DNA from: Perkinsus olseni
Lineage: Eukaryota
Direction: 5' to 3'
Length of the DNA stretch: 20,000 nucleotides
Assembly (NCBI GenBank): GCA_013115125.1
Contig: JABANN010000105.1
Coordinates: 51,831-71,830, forward strand
In this document: in pieces, positions 10,245 through 20,000 of the stretch
How the letters are laid out: each line of letters opens with the position of its first letter
Position numbering within the stretch: position 1 is the first letter of the stretch
Translations under genes and position numbers: made by a program
The notes under the pieces: generated by a model
The model's database searches: none
Told to the model about the DNA's origin: nothing
Seen by the model: the letters and a program-made list of their open reading frames with translations, nothing else

Positions 10245-11009
10245 TCAGCCATACAGTGTACCATTAGCGACAACGCGAGCGACTTGGAAATGTTTGCCAT
10301 TGTCTAACTGGCCTCTCGCACCAAAATAAATTTCATGGCTCCATCCTAGTTCCACTTTTGTTATGGTCACTGCCTGCTCGGTGTTCACTTTCACTTTATT
10401 AGTGCTGCCTTCGACCGGATTATCAAAGTGCAGGTCCAGTTGCTCACTGAAGGCCCAACCCTCTATATCGTACCCTCTGTTGCTCGCTCTCTCTCCGCCG
10501 GGGAAGCAGACAAATACTCTGGATGGGACCTTGATCCCGTCGATTCTACTCCCCAAACCGCGATAGACATCGGTGCCGCCCGGATTCCACCAGAGGTATA
10601 CCCCATCTTGTTCGGCATCCAAGTTTGCCCGGCCTGTGATACTCAGAGTACTTAGGCGATGGGGCGCGAACTGATGAACAATGAACGTACTGAACTTGAT
10701 TCTCATGTCGCCGTAGCGTCCAGGCATGTCAGTCCTGATAATGATGCCGGTGCTCTCTTGGTAGAGTCCAAACTCACCATAACCCCTCATGTTGTAGATG
10801 CAGGCGCCCTCCTGCAAGTTAATATCGCCTCCACCCTTCGCCGGACCGGGCCCTCCGTTGCAACCCTTCGGATAATCAGCAGTAACAAGCACAGGCGGTT
10901 TAGGCGGAGGAGACGTGCGAGGGCGATGAACGGGATGAGCAACATGCTTGGCATCACTAACCATCACCATTTGCATAATGTAGAACAAGAAGAGCCCGCG
11001 GTGAGGCAT
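10245..11009 (-). CDS. Hypothetical secreted protein, 254 aa, intronless
   Basis: Long clean ORF with a hydrophobic N-terminus (GLFLFYIMQMVMVSDA), a Pro-rich linker (SPPPKPP) and a Gly/aromatic, beta-strand-like mature region. No family recognised. Confidence 0.7.
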   Translation of the reverse strand: MPHRGLFLFYIMQMVMVSDAKHVAHPVHRPRTSPPPKPPVLVTADYPKGCNGGPGPAKGGGDINLQEGACIYNMRGYGEFGLYQESTGIIIRTDMPGRYGDMRIKFSTFIVHQFAPHRLSTLSITGRANLDAEQDGVYLWWNPGGTDVYRGLGSRIDGIKVPSRVFVCFPGGERASNRGYDIEGWAFSEQLDLHFDNPVEGSTNKVKVNTEQAVTITKVELGWSHEIYFGARGQLDNGKHFQVARVVANGTLYG

Positions 11010-11162
11010 GTTGGAGCTAAGCCTCTAGAAGTGTAAGTCGGGAACTAAATTTGTTCGACTAATGCCAATACAGATTGTCTGCCTGGGATCACCCGATTGG
11101 GATAGATAGTTGTGTCTTGCGTTACGGCAGGAACGAATCGCTGACCCGTTTTTGCTGCCGGC

Positions 11163-11227
11163 CACTAGCTCACCAGTGCTCAGCTAGTGAGTCACTAGGT
11201 GACTCACTAGATGACTCACTAGCTCAC
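11163..11227. repeat. Nested direct/inverted TGACTCACTAG motif cluster upstream of the 254-aa gene
   Basis: ctagtgagtcac-tag-gtgactcactag (11184-11210), then tgactcactagctcac again (11212-11227), plus cactagctcac at 11163. Confidence 0.8.
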
Positions 11228-12320
11228 TTGTGATGGCCCATCACCGCATGGACCACCTGCCTGCCATCACCTGCTCGTACGCTACTCGACCAATAGCACG
11301 CATGATAAGTATCCGTGTGTTCGTGTCAAGCGTTGTTACGTATGCTTAGCTATGCGTAGCGGCTGGTTCTCGGCTGTTCCGGTAGTTTTACTAAGCGTAT
11401 GAAGTTGGAATAGAAATTTCAATTAGATCCCCGAAAATCTGTCCCTGGTTTCAGAAAGTTATCGAACTCTTAATGAATAACTCAGAACTTTGAAAAAGCG
11501 TTCCGACCGGTGATATCTGCATCAAATCCAGTTACTAAGTTATACATGTTAGATGCAGGCCAATTCCCTGATTTTCGCTTTGGGATTTTCTGTTGCTTGA
11601 GTCACAGTATTGAAGGCGAACAGTGACAGCTGCGGTGCCGATGCCAACTTTGTAGTTGAGCATTTGAAGGCACTCAAATTCAGCTTCTCCATTCAGCGGA
11701 ATTAGTTGTGTTGGGTAGGCTCAGTGTATAGTATGCCGCTTGTCGAGAATTGGCAGTGTGCATTATAGCTTTTAGTCTATAACTCGGTATGGTATGGCTA
11801 TTTGAGACGGGGCTCAAAGAAAGGTGAGATTGGACTTGAGGGGAGCTAAGCAATACTGTGATCTACAGCTTATCAGCCTAAACTTAGTGTGACACGTATA
11901 CTCATGCACGCGAGTGCCAAGTGCAGAATGATATTGGATACTGGTAGTAAGTAAGCAGCAGCGATGGTTCTCACTATAGTGCGCAAGGTGGGTGAGCGGC
12001 AGCAATGAAGGTGGTTGGCACTATATTGCAAAGGCCATTGGAAGAAAAGAGGGCCTCATTGGGCGTCGCTCCAAAATGCAGCAACCGAATCTACAGTACT
12101 TGCGTTCTGCTAGCGCGAAATACTGAGCGATGCTGTCATCTGTCCGGTCGTGCGTGCTGATGATAACTCGGATGTTTTTGCGACCGGGAACAACCATCAT
12201 TAGGCGGCGCAAGAAACAAGAAGAGAGCGTTATTGAAGCTCGTTCCGGTCTAGACTCTGAGGCTCACAGTGCAAGTACGCATCCTTCCCGGGCTACCCCT
12301 GAGGTTCTCCTACATTCACA

Positions 12321-12353
12321 ACTCAAGTACTCAACTAAGTTGAGTACTTGAGT
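12321..12353. repeat. Perfect 33-bp palindrome (16-bp arms, 1-nt spacer)
   Basis: actcaagtactcaact-a-agttgagtacttgagt. Confidence 0.95.
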
Positions 12354-12556
12354 AACTCAACAACTCCCTGGATTCAACTAGTTTAACGTGGAATGGATAA
12401 AGTAAACAACATAAACAAGTTGTGAAAGTATCATTAAAAGTCATGAATAACGAGATGAGATAGATGAATCGATAGAGAACGAGTAAAGAGTAGCCGCAAA
12501 GATTCTGTCCAGCAAACGTTCCCACGATGAAGTATTGAAAGTGAGAGGTTTGTCGA

Positions 12557-12943
12557 CTAAACTTTTGGAGGGAAAAACTTGATTGCCGACAATACAATAT
12601 AATGACCATGGAATGATATAGTAAAGGTATCATCACTGCTGTCGTAGAATATGCTTGCCCAGGTCCTGACATTGAGGTCGTACTTCTTCGCAAACGCTTG
12701 GAAGTTGTCATCGTAGGTTCTCAGGTGCATCAGGGACCCATCAGGGCTGACGTCGAAAGGCATATCACCCGTGTAGTCAAGAGGAGGAGAATCATAGGGA
12801 ATTATGAGGATGGAAACTTCACCGGGATCGAAGACCCACACACTCTTGAAGAATTCATTGTCCACATTAGAGTACACCATACTCTGGGGGAAGGTGGCCA
12901 CCCTACGAAGGGATGCTATGAAGAGAACGAGGAGGGGAGACAT
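12557..12943 (-). CDS. Secreted family paralogue E (128 aa)
   Basis: MSPLLVLFIASLRRVAT-FPQSMVYSNVDNEFFKSVW...TGDMPFDVSPD...KKYDLNVRTW...DTFTISFHGH...FFPPKV*. Confidence 0.85.
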   Translation of the reverse strand: MSPLLVLFIASLRRVATFPQSMVYSNVDNEFFKSVWVFDPGEVSILIIPYDSPPLDYTGDMPFDVSPDGSLMHLRTYDDNFQAFAKKYDLNVRTWASIFYDSSDDTFTISFHGHYIVLSAIKFFPPKV

Positions 12944-13349
12944 ACGAAGTGGTACGCTGTAGGACCACAGGTACGCTCAAGCAGCAAGTCTCACCGCAAC
13001 GGCGTTATCAAGCTCGAAACTGGTCGGCATGTACGCAGGATCAACAAAACTCACGTGAACTTACGCGTGCGGGTCACTTGGACGCGCCTCACCAGTACCG
13101 ATACCATTACATTAACAACTCTCGTTCAACATATCCGAGGAACGTGATTGATCATATCATCGAAATCTTGAACTCCGGCGGGTTCTAGAGTGCGCTGGCT
13201 TCCCGGTTGTGGGGGATATCGTATCTCGGATCGTCGAGATGGTTGATCTCAGTCCGTTTGTCAAATAGACACTGTACACAAGGGGACCTTCTACCCAAGA
13301 TCATAAGCGCTATGATTGTTCAGGGCGTATGAGGACTTGCAGCCGCTGG

Positions 13350-14130
13350 GGAGGAGGCTATCTTGAAGACTGATAAGTTGCAAGGATCAACCTGTTTTCC
13401 TCCTGTACCCGACTGATGTGAGTATTGATACACTGCAACGATTGACGTGCTGCGCCCTATCCAGCTCAGCACTCGCTCAGCAATGCTGCACTTGGGGACC
13501 CACTGTCCCCGTCTCCGCGACCGGAGGAACGATGCCTACACCCAGGAGTTCACGAGTTTCCAGGAAATTCCACTCCGCCGACGTCATGTCTCTCACTGAG
13601 TCTTGAATGTGTTCGTGCTTGGATTTCCAACCGAGCCTCGGTGTCGGCACTGCCAACTCGGTTCATGCCATATCTTCAAACGCTGTTGCACTGATTGTAC
13701 AAATGCCCTAGAAAAGCCTTAATACTGGAAGCAAGCCTATCCACAAGCATCCATACAGCGTACCAGCACCCATGACATACGCGAGCGAAAATCTGACGTG
13801 GCTCAGAATGCCTCAGAGGCATTGCCTGTCGCCCTATAATGGATATGACAGAAGGAGCTCCCCTTTGCCTTCGTCAGCCCTGGGTGTTGCGAACCACCAC
13901 CTTCGTGGCATATGACACTGGCTTCCCTGGCAGAAACGATGGAAGATCCGACCTTCGAGGTATTTCCAAGTAAAACCAATCCAAGAGCGTCGATGAAGCT
14001 TGGACATCGGGAACTACTCCCATTCTTTCCTCGCTAGGGACATCCTTTCCACCACGATAACGCCATCGTCCTCGTAACGCAGATCGGCCGTGTAAGCAAC
14101 ATCGGGCAGAACCGCGCAGCTCGCTCCAAG
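13350..14130 (-). mobile_element. Possible highly decayed RT/RNase H remnant (DIRS-like)
   Basis: Fragments across several frames with stops, in the expected order: RYEDDGVIV (YxDD, 14065-14076), FIDALGL, L*GILSHV, ETRELLGV. This is motif resemblance only. Confidence 0.3.
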
Positions 14131-15096
14131 CCTTGAATCATTACACATTTTAACTTAAGGGGAGTAAAAGGTGCTTAAAACAAGCTTCTGGTTCAGAAAT
14201 AGACGGGCTGTGCAGTCAATCAATCCCGTTACTGAGGATCAATCCTGGGACAATCCAGAGCCTTTTTTTGTTCAGTCAATACTTTTCCGACTTATTCGTT
14301 TGGGGCTGGTATAGACCGGTCATGAGGGCTCCGTGGAGTGCGAAAAGGCACCAAATTACACGGAGTCGCAGCGTAATTCACCAGGATGGTTGGTTGGAAA
14401 TTTCAATTGAAATCGACCCCGAGATCGATCCTGCGAAATCTCAGGACAAGGTTCCCTGGGTTGCAAGTGGGCAAGAGCTGGCTGGCGAGTGATGATGATG
14501 AGTTGATGATTAGGCATGTGATCTGAGATGTTATTCATTTCCCTGGTTTTGAGTGGTATCCTTGCTTTTTCAAATCGAGCTTCAAAATCGGTCTTCAAGC
14601 AAGATTCGAAACCAAGTCGTAAACTCTTTTTGTTTTGCTGTCCCCCTTTCCATTGGAGCGTCTCAAAGGCGCATCGGAAGCGCTCGAAATTAGACCATCG
14701 GAGGTTTTCGTTGTCACTGGCAACTTCTTCTCGAACGAGAGAAACCTCTCTGAGTGTAGACTGAGGTAGGACGTTCTGAGGAGGCCCATGCGAGCGTCAT
14801 AGTACTCGTGAACACTGTTCACCGAATAGCCTATACTCCGCAGACACCGAGCTCTGAACTGCTTTAAGAGTATTTCCATATTAACAACTCAACCTCGCAA
14901 AACTCGGCAGCATGAGTCTTATTGTACGACTTCTACTTGTAAGGCTCAGCAGAAGTTTCCCCGTCTAACCTCTGCTCGAGAAAGCCCAGCTGCAACAAAA
15001 TTGTTGGAAGAGACGCTGAGGCTGTGGGCCTGCCATCTGCAAGCACCTCAACATAGAATTGTCAAGAGTTATCGAATCAATGAAAATGATTATCAG

Positions 15097-15594
15097 TTAA
15101 TGAATACTTTCATAAGAGATCCCCGCCGATAGTAATAGATCCTTCAGTCGACGGAAATCTCGATCGGCCTTCTTACTCCTGGTGCCCTGTGGAGGCGGGA
15201 CAGGTGGCTTACCGACGGCTTTAAGAATAATTTTGTGACCCTGGTATAGAACAGTAAAGGTATCATAGTTGCGGTCGTAGGGAATGCTCTTCCAATCCTC
15301 AATGTTGAGGCTGAATATCCTCAAAAATTCTTGGAAAGTCAACTCATGAACATGCAGCATGATAGCTTGGTCGTTGGGGCTCGGGTCCCAGTCAATGTCT
15401 CCCGTGACGTCGTGACGAAAGGGGACCTTCGACGTGTCAGCGTCGAGAGCACAGATCTTGACCGTCAAGGGGGAATCGAAGAGAAACCCGATCCACACGA
15501 ACTCGTTGTCAACATTGGCGTAGAACTGTTTAGGTCGGAAGGCGGCCAGTTCATATAGGGACGCCACCAGCAACACGTTACGGAGGTGGAGCAT
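15097..15594 (-). CDS. Secreted family paralogue F (165 aa, divergent, with C-terminal extension)
   Basis: MLHLRNVLLVASLYELAA-FRPKQFYANVDNEF...TGDIDWDPSPND...LNIEDWKSIPY...DTFTVLYQGH, followed by a Pro-rich/basic tail. Confidence 0.8.
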   Translation of the reverse strand: MLHLRNVLLVASLYELAAFRPKQFYANVDNEFVWIGFLFDSPLTVKICALDADTSKVPFRHDVTGDIDWDPSPNDQAIMLHVHELTFQEFLRIFSLNIEDWKSIPYDRNYDTFTVLYQGHKIILKAVGKPPVPPPQGTRSKKADRDFRRLKDLLLSAGISYESIH

Positions 15595-16899
15595 ACGGAG
15601 TAGCTCACTGCAGAGAGGGGCTGACGAACCGGTTAGTTGCACCCTAGGGAGTCGACATAGGCCCACACGCATACACGATATATGGGCCGCATGTTGTGCG
15701 TGCGGGTCACAGAGACGCGTCCCCTCAATTTCCGTCCGAGTGCATTTCACACTTCCACACCGTATGCGTAAGGATCCCCATTAGTCGCTTCTCGCATAAG
15801 AATGTTTCGCAATCTGGCTGGCCGTCCGTCGTCGGTGTTGTCGCACGTAGGATGCTCTTTGCGTTGGCTTTTTCTCCTCGTAACTACTAGACACTGTCCA
15901 CTAAGGATACAACGGCCATTGTCACCAGTTGTTCGGTGGCGCCAGGGAAGTGTGCCTTTCCAACTTCTTGAGGATGCAAGCTCTGCGCAGCTTTCCTGTT
16001 GCCAGGCACCGATTTCGTGCATTCTCATCCTGCACTAACGGAGTGGTCGTCGACCGTGAATATACACAAGCTGCGCCCGCTGAAGCCGGAGCACGTGCGC
16101 AGTACCGCTCCTACAGGGCATAGCTAGCTGTCCCAGCGTCCCCAACGGTTGGGGACGTGGAGTTCCTCGGATTCCTGAGTTGTTTTCACAGGCGGTGGTT
16201 TGCCCGTCGTCTCCTCGTCGTGCCAGAGTGTTGATTCAAGTCGCAGAAGGGAGTCCGTCTGCCAAGGCGCCGTCGTGTTTGCTGAGGGCGTGGTGAGTTC
16301 GACGTAACACTGTATAGACCCTCCAGTAACGGATGCTGTAAGCTTGAGGGCTACATCCTGCGTTCCCTCATACTCCAACTCGACGACGTACAGGCATTAG
16401 TATTCGGGACCCGAGTTTTCAAGCTCAATAAGCAGAGGAAATTTCATCGCTCGAACCGCGCCGAGCTCATGTGTGAAGCGATCCCGAGTTTTCACCTTAG
16501 CTGCTGTGGTACCCTAACGTTGATGATGTTATCATCAACCCTTAGTGATACACTGTCCCTTCTTAATGTACATGACGATTTTGGCTGTAGTTAATAATGC
16601 TCCGAATGGTTACTCCTGTACCTCTTCTGCCTCACCACTGGCTGTGCTCCTGGATACATTCCCACATACACGGAATGAGCGGTGAAGAAGGGATTACAGC
16701 AGCGTGTCGCCCTTCCGTTATGAACGTTCGTTTCCACAATGGTAGTCGCGCCACACTGCCCCAGCAAGGCCGAACTCTCTAGAACGCAGGACATGATGTG
16801 AAAAGAAAGTACACATCGGAGTGTCGAGTACGTGCCACGTACCACGTGGAGACAGCGGTATATAACTTCCATTGCTTCCATCGTTAGTATGAAGAGACT

Positions 16900-19800
16900 T
16901 CACAGTAGCCGCCTTCCCTCGTAACCCTGATCCACCTTCTCGAGGTGCATGCACCAACGGCCAGCACATACAGGAAGGAGGAAATGGCAAACAACGAGGA
17001 ACATTGACCATCTATGATATCCCTCGCTGTCAGGGAACCGCACTATAGAGAACAACTCATTGAAATCCGGTGAAGCTTCACTCGCCACGAAAAGTACTGT
17101 GCTAACTGCGGCGATCAGGCCCATCCACAAGGGACGGTTAGCCTTTATCGGCTTCATTGAGGGCGGACCTTCGTAGTTGGCGAGGAATGCCGAGAAGTGG
17201 CAGGCGGCTGTTTGAACGAACATCTGAGAATTCAACAGCGTGGGCTCGAAAGCGGAGTCCAAGTCGACCACTGGCTCCTCAGACGTGTACGAAACGGCAA
17301 GCTTCCACCCAGCAAGTAACAGAACCACGTGGGTGACCAATTGGAGGGCAAGTGAAAGCTGAACACTCCAGTGGAAGATACTCGTTACTGGCTTGAACTG
17401 GGACAGTCGGCTCTCCGGCTTCGATCGCCCCATGGCTGTGAAGATGAGCGACACTGCAATGGCCTCTACTGCCGACTGGAAGTCTCCAAACTTCGCGCCA
17501 TGCAGAGTGAGAACGGAGAGACTGAATGCGCCCAGAAGAGAATTCAAGGCGAGTATCTTGTACATCATCATCACGACTGAGTGGACAGCTCGGCCACAAC
17601 GGAGTACGAAGGGAACGCACTTGATGCATTCCCCCCGATAAGTGAAGGGAGCGGCCACGCTAGCGTCCATACCAATCTTAGCAATAGGTGCTGCACCGTG
17701 CAGTTCGGCATCACGAAGCTGCAGTTTCCTCTTCCGAGACATCGGACCAGAGTCAGAGGACAGCAAGGAAATGCCCACATGCGCGGCCTTCAGGGCCCCG
17801 ACGTCGTTCGTGCCATCGCCACACATGAGAGTGATCTTGCCGTCAGCCACCATACGCTTGATGACGTCCTCCTTGTGTACCGGGGACATTCGACTGAACA
17901 CTGTAATCTTGGACAACTCTACATCCGGCTTCTCGAGAAGGGCCTCGACTGATCTCCCCTGCACGCACAGCGTGTACTGGTCGCTGTGCTCAAAGCCCCA
18001 ATCCAGCGACACTGTGTAGTCCTCAGAGTCGAACAGAGGCTTCCACTCCGAGGCGTCGTCCGACAGCAGCAGAACGCCATCAGAATCAGTCGGCTTGAGG
18101 CCGATGGACTGAGCCACTTCGCAAGATGTCGATGGATGGTCACCGGTGATCATACAGAGAGGTCTGATGACGACGAGCGATGGAGCGCGCGACGCGCGCA
18201 GCAGCAGCGACTTACACTTTCCTGCCCATCTCCTTCAAGTGCTTCACAGCCTTCAACGTCCCAGTCTTCACCTCATTCCGGAAGGCGATGAAAGCGACGA
18301 AGTGTAGGTTCTTCTCGACTTCTCCTCTATCAGTGATCTCACTATGGTTACTAACACGCTTGTACGCTGCAGCGATGACTCTAAGGCCCTCTCCGGCGAG
18401 GTCCTGGTACGTTCTACGATACAATGCTTCAACAACCGAGACAGCAACAGCCACGGGTAATACTCTTCGTAGTCCTGCGGCACCTCCTCCAGAAGAGTTT
18501 CCATCATCTCCGGACTGCCTTTGCTTAGTATCAACAGCTCGCTCGCCGGACCATTCTCGTGCCTGCTCCGATGATGAACGGGATTCTCAAGAAACCCGCG
18601 TGCCCACTTCATAGCCACACTCATCCGCTGCAGCTCACTATTGAAGGGGAACCTTGCGACCTGGGAGTACTTCTGTGTACCGAAGATTTGAAAGGTCGGA
18701 GGACCGGAACCCGGCAGGTATATGGCTGAAAGAAAGATGATACAACAAGTGGCGTCCACGAGGGCGGGAGGGGACCAAAAAACGAACGATGGAGTTAGTC
18801 GAAATTGAGACGTGCGGGGTTGGACGGGAGCCTACCCGCAGCATTAGTAGCCGTTCTCGCTGCCGTGAACATGGCCTGTTCGAGAGGGTCCCCGACAAGC
18901 ACAGTCGCCAGAGGATCGACTGCAGTGAGGGAATGGCAGCAGGACAACACCAAGTCCAGCAACCTGAGATTTCGTACTTCCCCTTAGACCTTCGGGGAGA
19001 GCGCGATCCGACCATGACGCAAGGTCGTGAACACAGTATGTCGAGGAACCGTCCCATTAAATGCAAGCCAACTCGAGCCGAAGCCTACTTTCCCGAGTCC
19101 ACACTACTCGCCCCCGGCAACATCTTAGTCGCTTGCAGCGTCATCTCGCCATTGGTAATCGTACCAGTTTTATCGAAGCAGCAAACATCAACCTACATTC
19201 AAGTGAGCGGAGCGGAGCGCTTCGTTCGAAGCTGCTCTCACCTGGCCGGCGAAGGGTAGTCGGAAGGGTTCCGTGCAGTATACACCATTCCTCATGAGAT
19301 GGCCGAGGCACATCGTCACCGCAATGCTCATGGTCACAGGGAACTCGGGCGGTACTACGTTCGTTATGATGTGCGTTAAAGACAGGAAGAGCTTCCACCT
19401 AAAGAAAACGTCTGTCACTACCGCGGTGGGCGGTTCTTACTTCGAGGAGGTCAGGCTGGGCTCCACAACCAACCGGTAGTAGGCAACGTATGCTGATGCT
19501 ACCAGGGCTACTGCAACCAAGCCAAGCAAGAACGTAGTGGCCTCCCTACTATTGGTACCTATAGTGGACGCCATCTGTTATGCCGCAGGGGGCCCACTCT
19601 GTTACCAGTGACCCGCTCCGACGAGTAAAGTATAGTCCGTACAAGCTTCCCCTGTACAGTATCGAACCCCGTCCTCAGAACGTAACAGACGGCACCCTGC
19701 TTGTATGGTGCCTGCCAACGACGAGAGTACACCCCGTCTAAAGTGAGCGGTAGTACCTTCCTTAGTATCCCAGAGTCTGGGGCAGTAGGGGGTTTGGTTA

Positions 19801-19911
19801 ACACCAGTCTAGTGCCAGAGAACAGGATGTTGTCCTTATGCACACCTCGACAGTCCAACTTGATGTCGGACGAAGAAAGGATCGATTCCTTCAGATTTGG
19901 AGTGGACTCTC
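16900..19911 (-). CDS. ATP13A1: P5A-type ATPase (Spf1/ATP13A1-like), multi-exon, 5' part missing
   Basis: Motifs in order: (G)ESTPNLKE, ILFSGT, VLRTGFDTVQGKLVRTI, VVPPEFP, EPFRLPFAGQ/VDVCCFDKTGT (19160-19174), VGDPLE, FPFNSELQRMS, KGSPE, MITGDHP, MCGDGTNDVGALKAAHVG, DASVAAPFT, then C-terminal TM helices. Short GT-AG introns include 18164-18215 and 18414-18463. Confidence 0.93.
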
Positions 19912-19928
19912 CTGAAAGGGAACCCCGG

Positions 19929-19930
<2 letters not shown>

Positions 19931-20000
<70 letters not shown>
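19931..20000. other. 70-nt poly-G run, probable sequencing/assembly artefact
   Basis: Pure homopolymer that runs to the window edge and interrupts an ATPase intron ~20 nt from the acceptor at 19912. Confidence 0.7.

Noticed and set aside
17279-19479. Numerous alternative-frame and antisense ORFs over the ATPase
   Set aside because: Explained by exons of the P5A ATPase and their shadows.
19931-20000. Poly-G as a G-quadruplex or telomere-like element
   Set aside because: A pure homopolymer at the window edge interrupting a conserved gene is more likely technical.

Overview
Eukaryotic, gene-dense DNA with short (45-55 nt) GT-AG introns. The intron size, the RRM-like gene and the secreted-protein style suggest a perkinsid alveolate (Perkinsus-like); this assignment is inference. 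Recognisable housekeeping genes flank the window. On the left are an intronless Ca2+/cation antiporter (CaCA, NCKX-like; minus strand, running off the left edge) and a divergently transcribed 5-exon RRM-like gene. On the right is a multi-exon P5A-type ATPase (Spf1/ATP13A1-like; minus strand), cut off at a terminal poly-G run. Between them lies a ~13 kb accessory island. It holds six co-oriented, intronless paralogues of an unrecognised ~130-aa signal-peptide protein family ('AAFPP...DTFTIxYHG'; one copy frameshifted), a 254-aa secreted protein followed by a decayed copy of itself, duplicated intergenic spacers with a hairpin insertion, and probable retroelement debris. The non-coding DNA carries a marked excess of short perfect palindromes.
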